A stretch of DNA of 64,000 nt from an uncultured delta proteobacterium (GCA_963776345.1 CAVZMH010000016.1:1-64000), one strand, 5' to 3'; shown: positions 1-9,882, counted from the first letter of the stretch. Notes: generated by a model from the letters alone, not told the origin. Made by a program: numbers and translations.

Positions 1-35
1 CAACTCCAGTGAGTGCCGCGTCCTAGAGTCGAGCC

Positions 36-1055
36 GTGGCGATCAGCCCCGAGCTCCGCGCGCTGCAAACCCGGCTGGCGCTGCCGGTGGGGATCCTCGT
101 GGCCACGCACCTGGTGGGCATCCTCGGGTACCACTGGCTCTGGCGCGACCGCGGCGGCACCTGGATGGACGCGCTGTTCATGACCTTCACCACGGTGGCC
201 ACCATCGGCTACGGCGAGGTGAGGCCGCTCGACGACGCGGGCCGGATCTTCACCATCGCCATCGCAGTCACCGGGATCGGCAGCCTCTTCTACACGTTCA
301 GCGTCGGGCTGGAACACCTGACCAGCGACTCGGTCCGGCAGTCGCGGAGGAAGCGGCGCATGCAGGAGCGCATCGACAAGCTGGAACGGCACTTCGTGGT
401 CGCCGGCTACGGGCGGGTGGGCCGGGAGGCGGCGCACGAGCTGCACCAGGCCCGCGTCCCGGTGGTGGTGGTGGATCCGGGCCCGGCGGTGGGGCGCCTC
501 GCCGCCGAGGCCGGCCTCCTGGTGCTCGAGGGCGACGCCGCCGACGATGCGGTGCTCGAGCGGGCTGGCATCAAACGGGCGCGGGGCCTCGTCGTCACCA
601 CCGCGAACGACGCCACCAACCTCTACGTCATCCTCTCGGCGCGCCTCCTGAACCCGAACCTGTTCATCGCCTCGCGGGCGGTGGACGAGTTCTCCGTCCC
701 GAAGCTGCTCCGCGCGGGCGCCAACCGGGCCATCAGCCCCTACGCCATCGGCGGCCGCCGACTCGCGCACCTCATGCTGAGCCCGCGGGTGGTGGACTTC
801 TTCGAGACGGCGTTCCAGCGTGGAAAGCAGGCGCTCCGCATCGCGGGCCTCCAGCCCTCGGCGTCCGCCCCGAGGCGGTCGGTGGGCGCGCTGGTGGGGA
901 CGGGCGCCGCCGGGGCGACGGTCCTGGCCGTGCTCCGGGGGGACCAGGTGGTGCGCTCGCCCGAGCCGTCGTTCGCGCTCGGCCCCGACGACCACCTGCT
1001 GGTGCTCGGGACCGACGAGCAGATCGAGGCCCTCGAGCGCGCGATGTCACAGTAG
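36..1055 (+). CDS. Potassium channel, 2TM pore plus RCK (TrkA-N/C) domains
   Basis: Selectivity filter TVATIGYG, two TM helices, Rossmann GYGRVG, C-terminal TrkA-C. Confidence 0.92.
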   Translation: MAISPELRALQTRLALPVGILVATHLVGILGYHWLWRDRGGTWMDALFMTFTTVATIGYGEVRPLDDAGRIFTIAIAVTGIGSLFYTFSVGLEHLTSDSVRQSRRKRRMQERIDKLERHFVVAGYGRVGREAAHELHQARVPVVVVDPGPAVGRLAAEAGLLVLEGDAADDAVLERAGIKRARGLVVTTANDATNLYVILSARLLNPNLFIASRAVDEFSVPKLLRAGANRAISPYAIGGRRLAHLMLSPRVVDFFETAFQRGKQALRIAGLQPSASAPRRSVGALVGTGAAGATVLAVLRGDQVVRSPEPSFALGPDDHLLVLGTDEQIEALERAMSQ

Positions 1056-1853
1056 AGCGGGGGGCGCCTCGTCGTCGACCGGCACCGTGAGGTTCAGCGC
1101 GAGCCGGCCACCATCCGGGTACAGGGTGGTGCCGGTCAGGTACGAGGCGTCGTCGCTGGCCAGGAACGCCGCCACCGAGGCGATCTCCGCCGGCTCGCCG
1201 AAGCGGCCGATCGGCGTGCGCGAGAGGAGGGTCCGCCGGGCGGTCTCGTCGCTCATCACCGCGCGCCGGGACATCTCGGTGAGGATGGTGCCGGGCCCGA
1301 TGCCCATCACCCGGATCCGGTGCGGAGCGAGCGAGATCGCCATGACCTTGGTCAGCTGGTTCACCCCGCCCTTGGAGACCGTGTAGGGCACCTGGTCCGG
1401 CAGCGCCACCACCGCGTTCACCGAGGAGACGTTGAGGATGACCCCTCCGCCTCCCTGGCGGACCATCTGCCTCGCCGCCGCCTGGCCGCAGAGGAACATG
1501 GAGGTCAGGTTGGTCCGCAGGACCTGGTCCCAGTCCTCCTCGGCCAGGTCGAGAAAGCTCGCCCGGTGCACGACCCCGGCGTTGTTCACCAGCACGTCCA
1601 CTCGCCCGAACGCCTGCACCGCGGCGGCGACCAGGCGCTCGACGTCCTCCCGGCGTCCCACGTCGGCGCGCTCGAACCGCACCGCCTCCCGGGCGCTCGC
1701 CAGCGCCTCCTGGGCCTGGGCCCAGTCGCCCAGGTCGGCCAGCACCACCCGGGCGCCCTCCGCGGCGAAGCGGCTGGCGCATGCGAGCCCGATGCCCTGG
1801 GCCGCTCCGGTCACCACCACCACCTTCTGGTCGAACCTCACGCTCTCCTCCAT
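1047..1853 (-). CDS. SDR family NAD(P)-dependent oxidoreductase
   Basis: C-terminal part of the 1047..6308 ORF: TGAAQGIG, NNAG, YTVSK; ATG at 1853. Confidence 0.92.
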   Translation of the reverse strand: MEESVRFDQKVVVVTGAAQGIGLACASRFAAEGARVVLADLGDWAQAQEALASAREAVRFERADVGRREDVERLVAAAVQAFGRVDVLVNNAGVVHRASFLDLAEEDWDQVLRTNLTSMFLCGQAAARQMVRQGGGGVILNVSSVNAVVALPDQVPYTVSKGGVNQLTKVMAISLAPHRIRVMGIGPGTILTEMSRRAVMSDETARRTLLSRTPIGRFGEPAEIASVAAFLASDDASYLTGTTLYPDGGRLALNLTVPVDDEAPPALL

Positions 1854-1876
1854 GGGACGTGGAACCCAGGCACCCG

Positions 1877-2794
1877 TCACTCCTCCACGGCCACCGCCCT
1901 CGGTGTCGCCCGACCGGAGTGGACCAGGACGATGCCTGCGGCCACCGCGGCGAGGCCGAGCCCGTCCAGCGAACGGACCGACTCGCCGAGCAGCGCCGCG
2001 CCGAGCACCAGCCCGAAGATGGGCGTGAGGAAGTAGAACGCGCTCACCCGGCTCGCCTCCCCGTGCCGAAGCAGCCAGAACCAGAGGAACGAGGCGCCGA
2101 GGCTCAGGACGAGGATCAGGTAGCCGAGGCTGAGACAGAACGCCGCGGTGGGCACGAGTCGCGGCGCTCCCTCGAGGAGTGCGGCTACCGGGAGCAGCAC
2201 CAGCGAGGCAGCTCCGAGCTGGATGGTGTTGGCGGCCAGGAGATCCGCCGGCGTCCGGAGCCGCTTGAACACCAGGGTCGAGCCGACCAGCGCAACCACC
2301 CCCAGGAAGGCGAGCAGCACGTCCACCGGGCGCGCCACCTGCGTCCCCGCCCGGGCGGCCATCGCCACCAGCACCCCGCTGAACCCCAGCAGGAGCCCGG
2401 CGACCTTTCGAGGCGTCAGCGGTTCGTTCAGCACCGCCGGCGCCACCAGGGCGAGCAGGAGCGGGTTGGTGCTGGCGATGATCGCCCCCATTCCCGAGGA
2501 GAGGTGCCGCAGCGCCTCGTAGGTGCACCCGAGGTAGGTGGCGTTCGCCAGCAGGCCGTAGCCGGCGATCTGTCGCCAGACCCCGAGCGTGCGCGGCCAG
2601 GGCCGCCGGAGGGCGACCACCACGCCGGCCATCAGGACCGAGGCGATGGCGAAGCGCACCGTCAGCACCCAGAGCGGCTGTCCGAGCCGGGACAGCACGC
2701 GGCTCGGAACGAAGGCCGATGCCCAGAGGAAGACGTAGAGCAGGGCCAGGGCGGTGCCGGCGCGCCCGTGCGCACGGAGCTCGGAAGCGGTCAT
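1877..2794 (-). CDS. DMT/EamA family transporter
   Basis: About 10 TM helices in two EamA repeats; start uncertain (2794 or 2833). Confidence 0.88.
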   Translation of the reverse strand: MTASELRAHGRAGTALALLYVFLWASAFVPSRVLSRLGQPLWVLTVRFAIASVLMAGVVVALRRPWPRTLGVWRQIAGYGLLANATYLGCTYEALRHLSSGMGAIIASTNPLLLALVAPAVLNEPLTPRKVAGLLLGFSGVLVAMAARAGTQVARPVDVLLAFLGVVALVGSTLVFKRLRTPADLLAANTIQLGAASLVLLPVAALLEGAPRLVPTAAFCLSLGYLILVLSLGASFLWFWLLRHGEASRVSAFYFLTPIFGLVLGAALLGESVRSLDGLGLAAVAAGIVLVHSGRATPRAVAVEE

Positions 2795-2953
2795 CGGGGC
2801 CCTGGACACTTGCACCTCCGGGGCCGGGCGCAATGCACAGATGAGGGCTCAGGCACGCTCGTCCGTCACCTGGGTCCGGTGGGCGACACCGCGGTCCGGA
2901 CAGCCTCGGTGGCGCTGGCCTCCACGGCAGCGGGCGAGCGTCGAGCGCGCCCG

Positions 2954-3520
2954 TCAGGTGCCGTGGATCCCGAGCAGCTCGTCTCCGATGACCGCGGCGA
3001 TCCCCACGGCCAGACTGAGCAGGTATACCGCGGCGACCTTCAACCAGCGCCGGCGGGCGAAGGGGAGGGTGCGCGCCGAGAGCACCGAGAGGACCGCGAA
3101 CAGGACCCAGGCGGCGAGCACCAGGGCGGTGCGACCCGCGACGCCATCCGTCAACCCGAGCGCGAGGTCGCCCTCGTCCGAGAAGGGGTGGGCCCCTCGG
3201 AGCGCACGGCCGACGTCGAAGGTGAGCGGCAGCAGCCGGAGGCTGGCCTGGGTGAAGGCGGCCGTGGCCCAGGCGAACGAGGGCCGCCTCCGCGCCACGG
3301 CCAGGAAGGCGAGCGCGAGCACCAGCGTGACCAGCGGCCCGCCAGCCTTGCTCCACAACCTCAGCGCCGCGGAGATCGGGACCGTCGGATCCACCCGCTG
3401 GAAGCCCATCCGTGCCGGCGTCCCGGTGAGCCAGAAGACTGCCCGGTGTCCCAGCTCGTGCAGCTCGATGGCGGCGGCAGAGAGCACCGCGACCAGGGCC
3501 GCGTTCCGGGCGGTCTTCAC
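2954..3520 (-). CDS. Membrane protein with HExxH motif, M50/site-2-protease-like
   Basis: HELGH in first TM, GGP motif, downstream FSDEG, several TM helices. Confidence 0.6.
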   Translation of the reverse strand: MKTARNAALVAVLSAAAIELHELGHRAVFWLTGTPARMGFQRVDPTVPISAALRLWSKAGGPLVTLVLALAFLAVARRRPSFAWATAAFTQASLRLLPLTFDVGRALRGAHPFSDEGDLALGLTDGVAGRTALVLAAWVLFAVLSVLSARTLPFARRRWLKVAAVYLLSLAVGIAAVIGDELLGIHGT

Positions 3521-3643
3521 GAGGAGCGGTACGCGCGCCGGGGCCGGAGATTGCCGGAACGACGAAACGCCCGGACCCCGCGGGAGGTGGCCGACCGCCT
3601 CCTCCGCACGGGGCCGGGCGGAGCCCGACGATGGTCGAGGCCC

Positions 3644-5083
3644 TCAGTCCCCCTCGAGCTCCACCTCGTCCGCGGTGAGCACCGAGCCGTTCCACGCCCG
3701 CGCATCCTTGCCGCGGACACCGACCACGTCGCCGAGGTTCAGCGCCGAGAAGAAGGTGGCCTCGGTGCTGGAGCCGTTGCCGCTGAACTCGGCCGAGGCG
3801 GTGCTCACCCGGACGCCGAGGATGGTCAGGCTGTGGCCCGCAGCGTCCTTGGCGGACACCGGCCCGCGCAGCTCGATGCGCTGGTCGTCGGTCAGCTCCA
3901 GCCGGGAGGCGACCACGTCGGTCCCGTTGCGGTGCAGCGACCCGCGCACCGCCACCGCGCCCGACCCGAGGTGCTGAAGGTCCACCGGCTGCCCCTTGAA
4001 GTCCTTGAACTCGGTCAGGGCGTCGGTGTGCACGGTGATGCCGAGGAGCACCAGCGTGCCGGTGTGCGCGTCGCTCGCCGTGACCTGGCCGGGGACCGCC
4101 TGGAGGCGGATGCTGGCCTGGAAGGAGACCTTGCTCGCCTGGAGCACGCCCTGCGCATCCAGCGTGCCCTCCGCCTCGACCCGGGCCCCGGGGATGACGT
4201 CGGCGGCGGTGCCGTGGGCGAACACGGTGGCGGCGGTGGTCACCACGGTCTGGCTCCCGACCTGGAAGGAGGCGGCGTTGCCGGAGGTGACCAGCCCCTC
4301 CACCTCGGCCTTGAGGTTCGCCTCTCCGAGGTTCCCGTCCTCGAGCCTGACGCTGGAGGCGACAATCTCGCCCAGCGCGCTGGCCGGACCGGCGCTCTTC
4401 ACCTCCACCTGCGAACCGGCCTTGAGGCCCGCGGGGAGCGACACCCCGGCGGCCAGGGTGACGTGGAAGCCGACGGGGGCGGTGGGCGTCACCGCTAGAT
4501 CGAACGTCGGCGGGACCGCGGCCGCGTTCAGGTTGGAGATGACGCCGGTCACCTCGAAGTCCTCGGACGATCCGGAGCGCTTCTCGATGCGCGTCGCCCG
4601 GATGGCACCGCTGTCGTCCGGAAAGCCGTGGACCTCCACCCGCTCGCCCTCGGCGATCGAGTCGAGACCCCGGCCGTTGTCCTCGAACTCGGTCTGGCCG
4701 TCGGCCTTCACCACCTGGCCGCCGACCTCCAGCTCGGGGCCGGACTTGCTCGAGACCTTCCCCGCGACCGCCGAGGAGATCTCGATCTCCGCCGCGGTGC
4801 CGGAGCGATCGTCGAAGGTGCCCCTGACGGTCGCGACGCGCCCCTTCTGCAGCTCCGCGGCGGACTGGCCGGGCACGCCGTCCACGCTGATCTTCGCGGA
4901 CGAGGCGTTGAAAGTGACGCCGTTGACCGTCAGCGCACTGGAGCTGGAGATGACGCCCCGGGTGACGCCGGTGATCGCCCCCGGTGGCGTGCGCCCACCC
5001 GGCTGGGTCCCGCCTCCGCACCCCACGAGCGCCGCTCCGGCGAGGACCGCGCACAGCCGCGCACCGATGAACTTCCTGAACAT
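3644..5083 (-). CDS. DUF5666-repeat lipoprotein
   Basis: Lipobox LVGC; about 6 repeats of L..G..VEV.G...A..I beta/OB-like units. Confidence 0.8.
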   Translation of the reverse strand: MFRKFIGARLCAVLAGAALVGCGGGTQPGGRTPPGAITGVTRGVISSSSALTVNGVTFNASSAKISVDGVPGQSAAELQKGRVATVRGTFDDRSGTAAEIEISSAVAGKVSSKSGPELEVGGQVVKADGQTEFEDNGRGLDSIAEGERVEVHGFPDDSGAIRATRIEKRSGSSEDFEVTGVISNLNAAAVPPTFDLAVTPTAPVGFHVTLAAGVSLPAGLKAGSQVEVKSAGPASALGEIVASSVRLEDGNLGEANLKAEVEGLVTSGNAASFQVGSQTVVTTAATVFAHGTAADVIPGARVEAEGTLDAQGVLQASKVSFQASIRLQAVPGQVTASDAHTGTLVLLGITVHTDALTEFKDFKGQPVDLQHLGSGAVAVRGSLHRNGTDVVASRLELTDDQRIELRGPVSAKDAAGHSLTILGVRVSTASAEFSGNGSSTEATFFSALNLGDVVGVRGKDARAWNGSVLTADEVELEGD

Positions 5084-5158
5084 GGATGACTCCTTGGCAA
5101 GCACTTCTGCCGGGGAGACCCGCGAGCGCCCGCGGACGGGACAGATTTCTTTGGAGCG

Positions 5159-6529
5159 CTAGAGCCCGAGCGGCTGGGTGGGAGTCGCGCAGCTCCCGGG
5201 GCACCCTGTGGGGTTGCCCACCTCGCCACGCCCGTTGGAGCCCCAGCAGTACAGCTCGCCGTTGGTCTGCACCGCGCAGGTGTGGTCGCCGCCCGCTGCG
5301 ATGCCATAGGGCTGACCGGGGATCGGCACGCTCACCGTGCCCGTGGCCGACGCCGCCCCGAGCTGGCCGCTCCCGTTCGCTCCCAGGCAGCGCATCGAGC
5401 CCGTGCTCGGCCCGGCGACGCAGGTGTGCGCGCGCCCGGCGCTGACCAGCGTCGGCTGTACGGTGGCGTCCAGCGTCACCTGTGTCGGAGTGGGCAGCGT
5501 GCTCGAGCCGCTTCCGGCCTGGCCGCTCCCGTTGTCGCCCCAGCAGAAGACCGCCGGACCGCTGGCTCCGCCGGCCAGCGCACAGCTGTGGCGGTCCCCC
5601 AGCCCGAGGCGGGTCGCTCCGGGGAGCGCCACCGTCTGCGGGGTCGCGCTCGCGCCGCCGCCGGTCCCGAGCTGGCCCTTGTCGTTGCTGCCCCAGCAGA
5701 GGAGGGCGCCGGACTGCATCGCGCAGGTGTGCTCCACGCCGGCCGCCACCTGCGTCACCCCCGAGCCGAGGCCCGGGACGGGGCTGGGGGTGGGCCCCGG
5801 CGTCGCCCCTCCGAGCTGGCCGCGGTCGCTCGCCCCCCAGCAGTAGAGCCCGCCCGCGGTCACCGCGCAGGTGTGCCGCGCCCCGAGCGCGAGCGAGGTG
5901 ACGCCCGGCAGGGCGATCTCCTGGGGGACCGGGATGGTCGAGGCCCCGGCGCCCGCCTGGTTGCTGGCGTTGCCGCCCCAGCAGAAGAGCCGGCCGTCGG
6001 CCATCACCGCGCAGGTGTGGTCGGGCCCGGCCGCCACCAGCGAGACGGCCACGCCCAGGGGAAGGCCATCCACGTCCACCGGCGTGTCGGAGCTCGAGGC
6101 CCCCGCGCTGCGCCCCAGCTGTCCCTGGTCGTTGGACCCCCAGCACCGCAGCCGGGTGCCGGCGATGGCGCAGGTGTGCTGTGCGCCGGTGGCCACCGCA
6201 GCCGCGCGGCAGCACGCGTCTCCGCAGCGCAGGTAGCCCGGCTCGCAGGCGAAGCTGCAGAGGTGCGCGACGCACGCCGGAACGCCGCCGTTCACCTGTG
6301 TCTGGCACACGGCGCAGGTGGATCCGCAGCTGCCCTGGTCCTCGAGGACGCAGGCGTTGCCGCAGACGTGGAGCCCGGCGTCCGGAGCGCCGCAGACCAC
6401 GCCCGGGCCTCCGTCCGGCAGCTCGAGCAGGACCGCGCCCTCGTGGTCCACCAGCGTGTCGCCGCAGCCCTGCGCGGCGAGGAAGCAGGCGAGGAGACCG
6501 AGCGCGAGCAGGAGCGAGCGGGCGCTCAT
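5159..6529 (-). CDS. RCC1-repeat beta-propeller lipoprotein with Cys-rich N-terminal region
   Basis: Repeated G..HTCA...LxCWGxN..GQLG; signal peptide ending AQGC. Confidence 0.9.
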   Translation of the reverse strand: MSARSLLLALGLLACFLAAQGCGDTLVDHEGAVLLELPDGGPGVVCGAPDAGLHVCGNACVLEDQGSCGSTCAVCQTQVNGGVPACVAHLCSFACEPGYLRCGDACCRAAAVATGAQHTCAIAGTRLRCWGSNDQGQLGRSAGASSSDTPVDVDGLPLGVAVSLVAAGPDHTCAVMADGRLFCWGGNASNQAGAGASTIPVPQEIALPGVTSLALGARHTCAVTAGGLYCWGASDRGQLGGATPGPTPSPVPGLGSGVTQVAAGVEHTCAMQSGALLCWGSNDKGQLGTGGGASATPQTVALPGATRLGLGDRHSCALAGGASGPAVFCWGDNGSGQAGSGSSTLPTPTQVTLDATVQPTLVSAGRAHTCVAGPSTGSMRCLGANGSGQLGAASATGTVSVPIPGQPYGIAAGGDHTCAVQTNGELYCWGSNGRGEVGNPTGCPGSCATPTQPLGL

Positions 6530-6530
6530 G

Positions 6531-8027
6531 TCAGAACCCCACCAGCGCGACCAGCGCCAGCGAGCCCGCGGGCTTGAACGTCGTCGCGTTGTTCAGGGTG
6601 AAGAGCTGGGCTCCGGCCGATGCGTCGAGCCCCAGGCGCAGCGGCCCCACCGGGAAGGTCACCAGCATTGCCAGCCCCCCGGTCCAGACTGCGCTGGAGT
6701 AGGTCCGACGATCGGCGAGCGTCTGGGTGGCGTACCCGGCGCCGAGCTCCGGGCCGACCTCGACGAGGATCGCGCTGGTGTTCAGCGGGAAGAGCGCCGC
6801 CAGGCTGCCCGAGAACAGCTTGTAGTCGTAGCGCAGGCCCTGGTCGTCCACCGGCTTCGCCGCGAAGTCGAGCCGGATCCGCATCCCGACCGCGCCCCAC
6901 TCCTTCCGGAGCCCGACCCGCACCGCGGGCGCGACCCCGAAGCTGGAGAGGCCCACCGCGAACATGCCGGCGCCGGCGTAGACCAGCCCCGGCTTCGGTC
7001 CACCCTTGGCCCGGGCGAGCTCGTAGCGGGTCGGCACGAGGGGAGGAAGGCGTTGGTCTACGCCCCGCTCGAGCGTCAGGTCGGCGGTGGCCCGTCCCTC
7101 GGGCGCTCGCCGCTCGACGGCGTAGTGGCCCGCCGGCAGCGCGAGGACGATGGGGGAGGAGCCGCCCTGCACCTCGGCCACCGCGTTGCTCGGGCTCCGG
7201 AAGAGGTACTGCGCGCCCGGATCCGCGGGGATGGTCAGCCGCGCCTCGGCCCGACGGAGATCGGCCAGCACCACCTCGCCGCGCCCGGACATCCGGAACT
7301 CGTAGGTGGCGTGCTGGGGCCCGGCCTGCGTCGCCGCGGTTCCGGCCAGGGTGCGGGCGGCGGTGTAGCGGAAGGCCTCGGCGAGGGTCACCAGACCGTC
7401 GCCATCCGAGTCCCCGGCGCCGCGGAGCGCGATCTCCAGGTGATGGGTGAAGAAGCTCCCTCCGATGGCGGTGCTCTCCTGCGCCGACTCACCCACCGCG
7501 GTGGAGGCCACGAACGCGGTCCCCTGCACCCGGTCCTCCACCGGGAGCGGGAAGTCGAGCGCGGGCGCGGCGGAGGCGCCCTTCACCTGGGTGAGCAGGC
7601 CCGCCTCGCAGGCGTCGACGATGGCGATGCGGGCCTCGGCGGAGGAGCGAAGAACGGCAGCCCGCAGCTCGTCGAAGGGGATGCTCTCGGCCCCGAGCTC
7701 GATGCCGCCCGGCCCGGCGTGCCCGGAGAAGTAAAGGACCAGGAGCGGACGTTCGCCCTGCTGCCGCGCCGCCTGGATGCGCGCCTCCACGTCGGCCAGC
7801 GCCTCGCGGAACCTCGCCGCCCCGGGGTTCTTCAAGACGGTGACCCGATCCACCGAGAAGTCGCCCAGCTCGGAGAGCGCGCGCCCGAAGCGTTCGGCGT
7901 CCTTGGTGGCAAACCACAGGCGTGGCCGGCCCGGGGCGCCGACGTCGCTCCCCGCGACCACCGCGAACCGCGGGGCTGCCGAGGCCACCATGCAGGTCAG
8001 AAGGCCTGCGAGGGCGAGCAGCCTCAC
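6531..8027 (-). CDS. Exported caspase-family (peptidase C14) protein with C-terminal beta-barrel-like domain
   Basis: YFSGHAG and IVDACEAG catalytic dyad, DSDGDGLVT loop, signal peptide, amphipathic strands ending in Phe; GTG start overlaps upstream TGA. Confidence 0.85.
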   Translation of the reverse strand: MRLLALAGLLTCMVASAAPRFAVVAGSDVGAPGRPRLWFATKDAERFGRALSELGDFSVDRVTVLKNPGAARFREALADVEARIQAARQQGERPLLVLYFSGHAGPGGIELGAESIPFDELRAAVLRSSAEARIAIVDACEAGLLTQVKGASAAPALDFPLPVEDRVQGTAFVASTAVGESAQESTAIGGSFFTHHLEIALRGAGDSDGDGLVTLAEAFRYTAARTLAGTAATQAGPQHATYEFRMSGRGEVVLADLRRAEARLTIPADPGAQYLFRSPSNAVAEVQGGSSPIVLALPAGHYAVERRAPEGRATADLTLERGVDQRLPPLVPTRYELARAKGGPKPGLVYAGAGMFAVGLSSFGVAPAVRVGLRKEWGAVGMRIRLDFAAKPVDDQGLRYDYKLFSGSLAALFPLNTSAILVEVGPELGAGYATQTLADRRTYSSAVWTGGLAMLVTFPVGPLRLGLDASAGAQLFTLNNATTFKPAGSLALVALVGF

Positions 8028-8764
8028 CGGACCTTCTCGACGAGAAGTGTGCTCTGGGGCACGTCTCCTGGAAGACCCAGGAGCGGGCCCGCGTTGCGCA
8101 CGCCCGCCTCGCCTGTCCCCACCGCGCGCTCGATGGCCGTCCGCACCGGGTCCCACGGCAGTGGCCGGCCGGGGCAGAGCGCATACACCCGCTCGGGGCC
8201 CGGCCTTCCGTCGAGCACCGCGCCGCCCGGGAGCGGACCCGAGCGGTCGAGCTCGACCTGGGGCGAGCCGGGGGGAGGGAAGAGCTGCGAGACGGCGCCG
8301 GTCGCGTCCACCGAGGCCACCCAGGGCCGGCAGCGCCGGGGGATGCGAAGCGAGAAGCGCAGGGCCGCGGTCGCCGGAACGCGGCCCCCGTCGCCGACGG
8401 TCCGGGGCCCTCCCGGCGCGTCCGCGTACACCGTGAGCCCGAGGTCCGTCGCTCCCTTCGTCCCGACGTAGCCCTCACCGGGCTGGCCCGGGCGGATGAC
8501 CAGCACGGCCAGCACCGCGGCCGTCGCCAGCCCGAGGGTGGGGAGCGCCCAGGGCCGCCGCCACCAGGGGCGTCCCGGGCGCTCGGCCGCGTCGCGGACC
8601 GCCACCACCGCGCGGGGGAACACCTCGCGGCGGAACCGGTCGCCCTCCCGGGCCATCTCCTCCAGCCGCCGGGTGCACCGCGCGCAGCCCGCCAGGTGCG
8701 CGGTGACCTCGGGAGACGGCTCGAGCAGGTGCGCCTCCAGGCGGAGCTCCGAGGGATGGCTCAT
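8024..8764 (-). CDS. Putative anti-sigma factor (zf-HC2-like, TM, ActD/DUF4384-like periplasmic domain)
   Basis: HLAGCARC zinc motif, single TM, xKG motif after TM; ATGA overlap with sigma gene. Confidence 0.8.
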   Translation of the reverse strand: MSHPSELRLEAHLLEPSPEVTAHLAGCARCTRRLEEMAREGDRFRREVFPRAVVAVRDAAERPGRPWWRRPWALPTLGLATAAVLAVLVIRPGQPGEGYVGTKGATDLGLTVYADAPGGPRTVGDGGRVPATAALRFSLRIPRRCRPWVASVDATGAVSQLFPPPGSPQVELDRSGPLPGGAVLDGRPGPERVYALCPGRPLPWDPVRTAIERAVGTGEAGVRNAGPLLGLPGDVPQSTLLVEKVR

Positions 8765-9276
8765 GGCGTGCTCCGGGCGACGAACTTGCGCGCGTTCTCC
8801 AGGAACCGGTCCAGCTTGCGACGCACGGTCTTGCGGGAGAGGCCGAGGGTCCGGGCCGTCTCCTCCTGCTCCATCCCGTCGACCAGGACGGCCACCACCA
8901 CCGCCTGGGTCGTCGGGTCGAAGCGCGCGAGGATGGTCTGCGCCAGCTGCCGCTCGGGGAAGGTGTCCAGCGCCGTCCCCTCGGCGAGCTCGAGGTCCAC
9001 CGACCCCTCCGCGGTCCAGCGGCCGGCGCGGCGCACGTTCAGGCAGTGGTTGGTGGCCACCCTGTAGATCCAGGGCAGCACCGTGACGCGGTCCTCCAGC
9101 GCCTCCATGTTCCTCACCAGCCGCACGAACACCTCCTGCGTCGCATCGGCCGCGGCGTCGGGGTCGCGCAGCAGCCGAAGACACCTCCGGTACACCACGG
9201 GCCCGTAGCGCTCGAAGAGCTCGGTGGCCCTCGCCCGCGGGTCCGACAACGCATCGCCTCCTTGCGGGGAAGACAC
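8761..9276 (-). CDS. ECF sigma-70 factor
   Basis: Region 2 DAAADATQEVF..WIYRVATNHCLN and region 4 HTH (QEETARTLGLSRKTV). Confidence 0.92.
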   Translation of the reverse strand: MSSPQGGDALSDPRARATELFERYGPVVYRRCLRLLRDPDAAADATQEVFVRLVRNMEALEDRVTVLPWIYRVATNHCLNVRRAGRWTAEGSVDLELAEGTALDTFPERQLAQTILARFDPTTQAVVVAVLVDGMEQEETARTLGLSRKTVRRKLDRFLENARKFVARSTP

Positions 9277-9306
9277 CGTGGGGCCCGCGGATGGGACAGG
9301 AATCTT

Positions 9307-9882
9307 CTACCCGGCCCGGAGGTGCTCGATCAGGATCTTCGTGCCGAGCCCGATGAGGATGAGCCCGCCGAGCATGTCCAGGCGGCGCCCGAGCATCGCC
9401 CCGACCCTGCGGCCGAGGTAGAGCCCCGCCACGCAGAGGATCGCCGTGGTCACGCCGATGGTCGCCACCGAGAGGGCGAACGGCGCATCGAGCATCGGCA
9501 GGGTGATGCCCACCGCCAGCGCGTCGATGCTGGTGGCCACCGCGAGCGCGAGCATCACCCGTATCCCGAACAGTTCCTCCTCGCTCCTGGGCGCCGCCTC
9601 CTCCTTCGAGCTGCGGGCCTCCCAGAGCATCTTCGCCCCGATGCCTCCCAGCAGGACGAAGGCGATCCAGTGGTCCCAGGCCTCCACCAGCGGACCGATT
9701 CGGACCCCGACCAGCCAGCCCACCACCGGCATCAGGGCCTGGAAGCCCCCGAAGAAGAGCGCGACCAGCACCGCGTGGCGGGGGCGGATCGCGGGCACCG
9801 CCATCCCGCGGGCCGCAGACACCGCGGTCGCGTCCATCGCCAGGCCCACCGACAGGGCGAGGATGGCGCTGAACTTCATCAC
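9307..9882 (-). CDS. mntP: Manganese efflux pump MntP
   Basis: LAMDATAVS, FGGFQALMP, ATSIDALAVG motifs. Confidence 0.9.
   Translation of the reverse strand: MMKFSAILALSVGLAMDATAVSAARGMAVPAIRPRHAVLVALFFGGFQALMPVVGWLVGVRIGPLVEAWDHWIAFVLLGGIGAKMLWEARSSKEEAAPRSEEELFGIRVMLALAVATSIDALAVGITLPMLDAPFALSVATIGVTTAILCVAGLYLGRRVGAMLGRRLDMLGGLILIGLGTKILIEHLRAG

Noticed and set aside
5159..6210. Nucleotide repeats in RCC1 gene (also DUF5666, rpsA, DUF2807)
   Set aside because: Explained by protein domain repeats; no RT or template/variable repeat pair indicating a DGR
1047..6308. 1753-aa ORF and many other long alternative-frame or antisense ORFs (e.g. 1781..4498, 26905..29991, 9446..11953)
   Set aside because: Arg/Pro/Gly/Ala-rich shadow frames typical of high-GC DNA; only the last 268 aa (SDR) of the 1753-aa ORF is real
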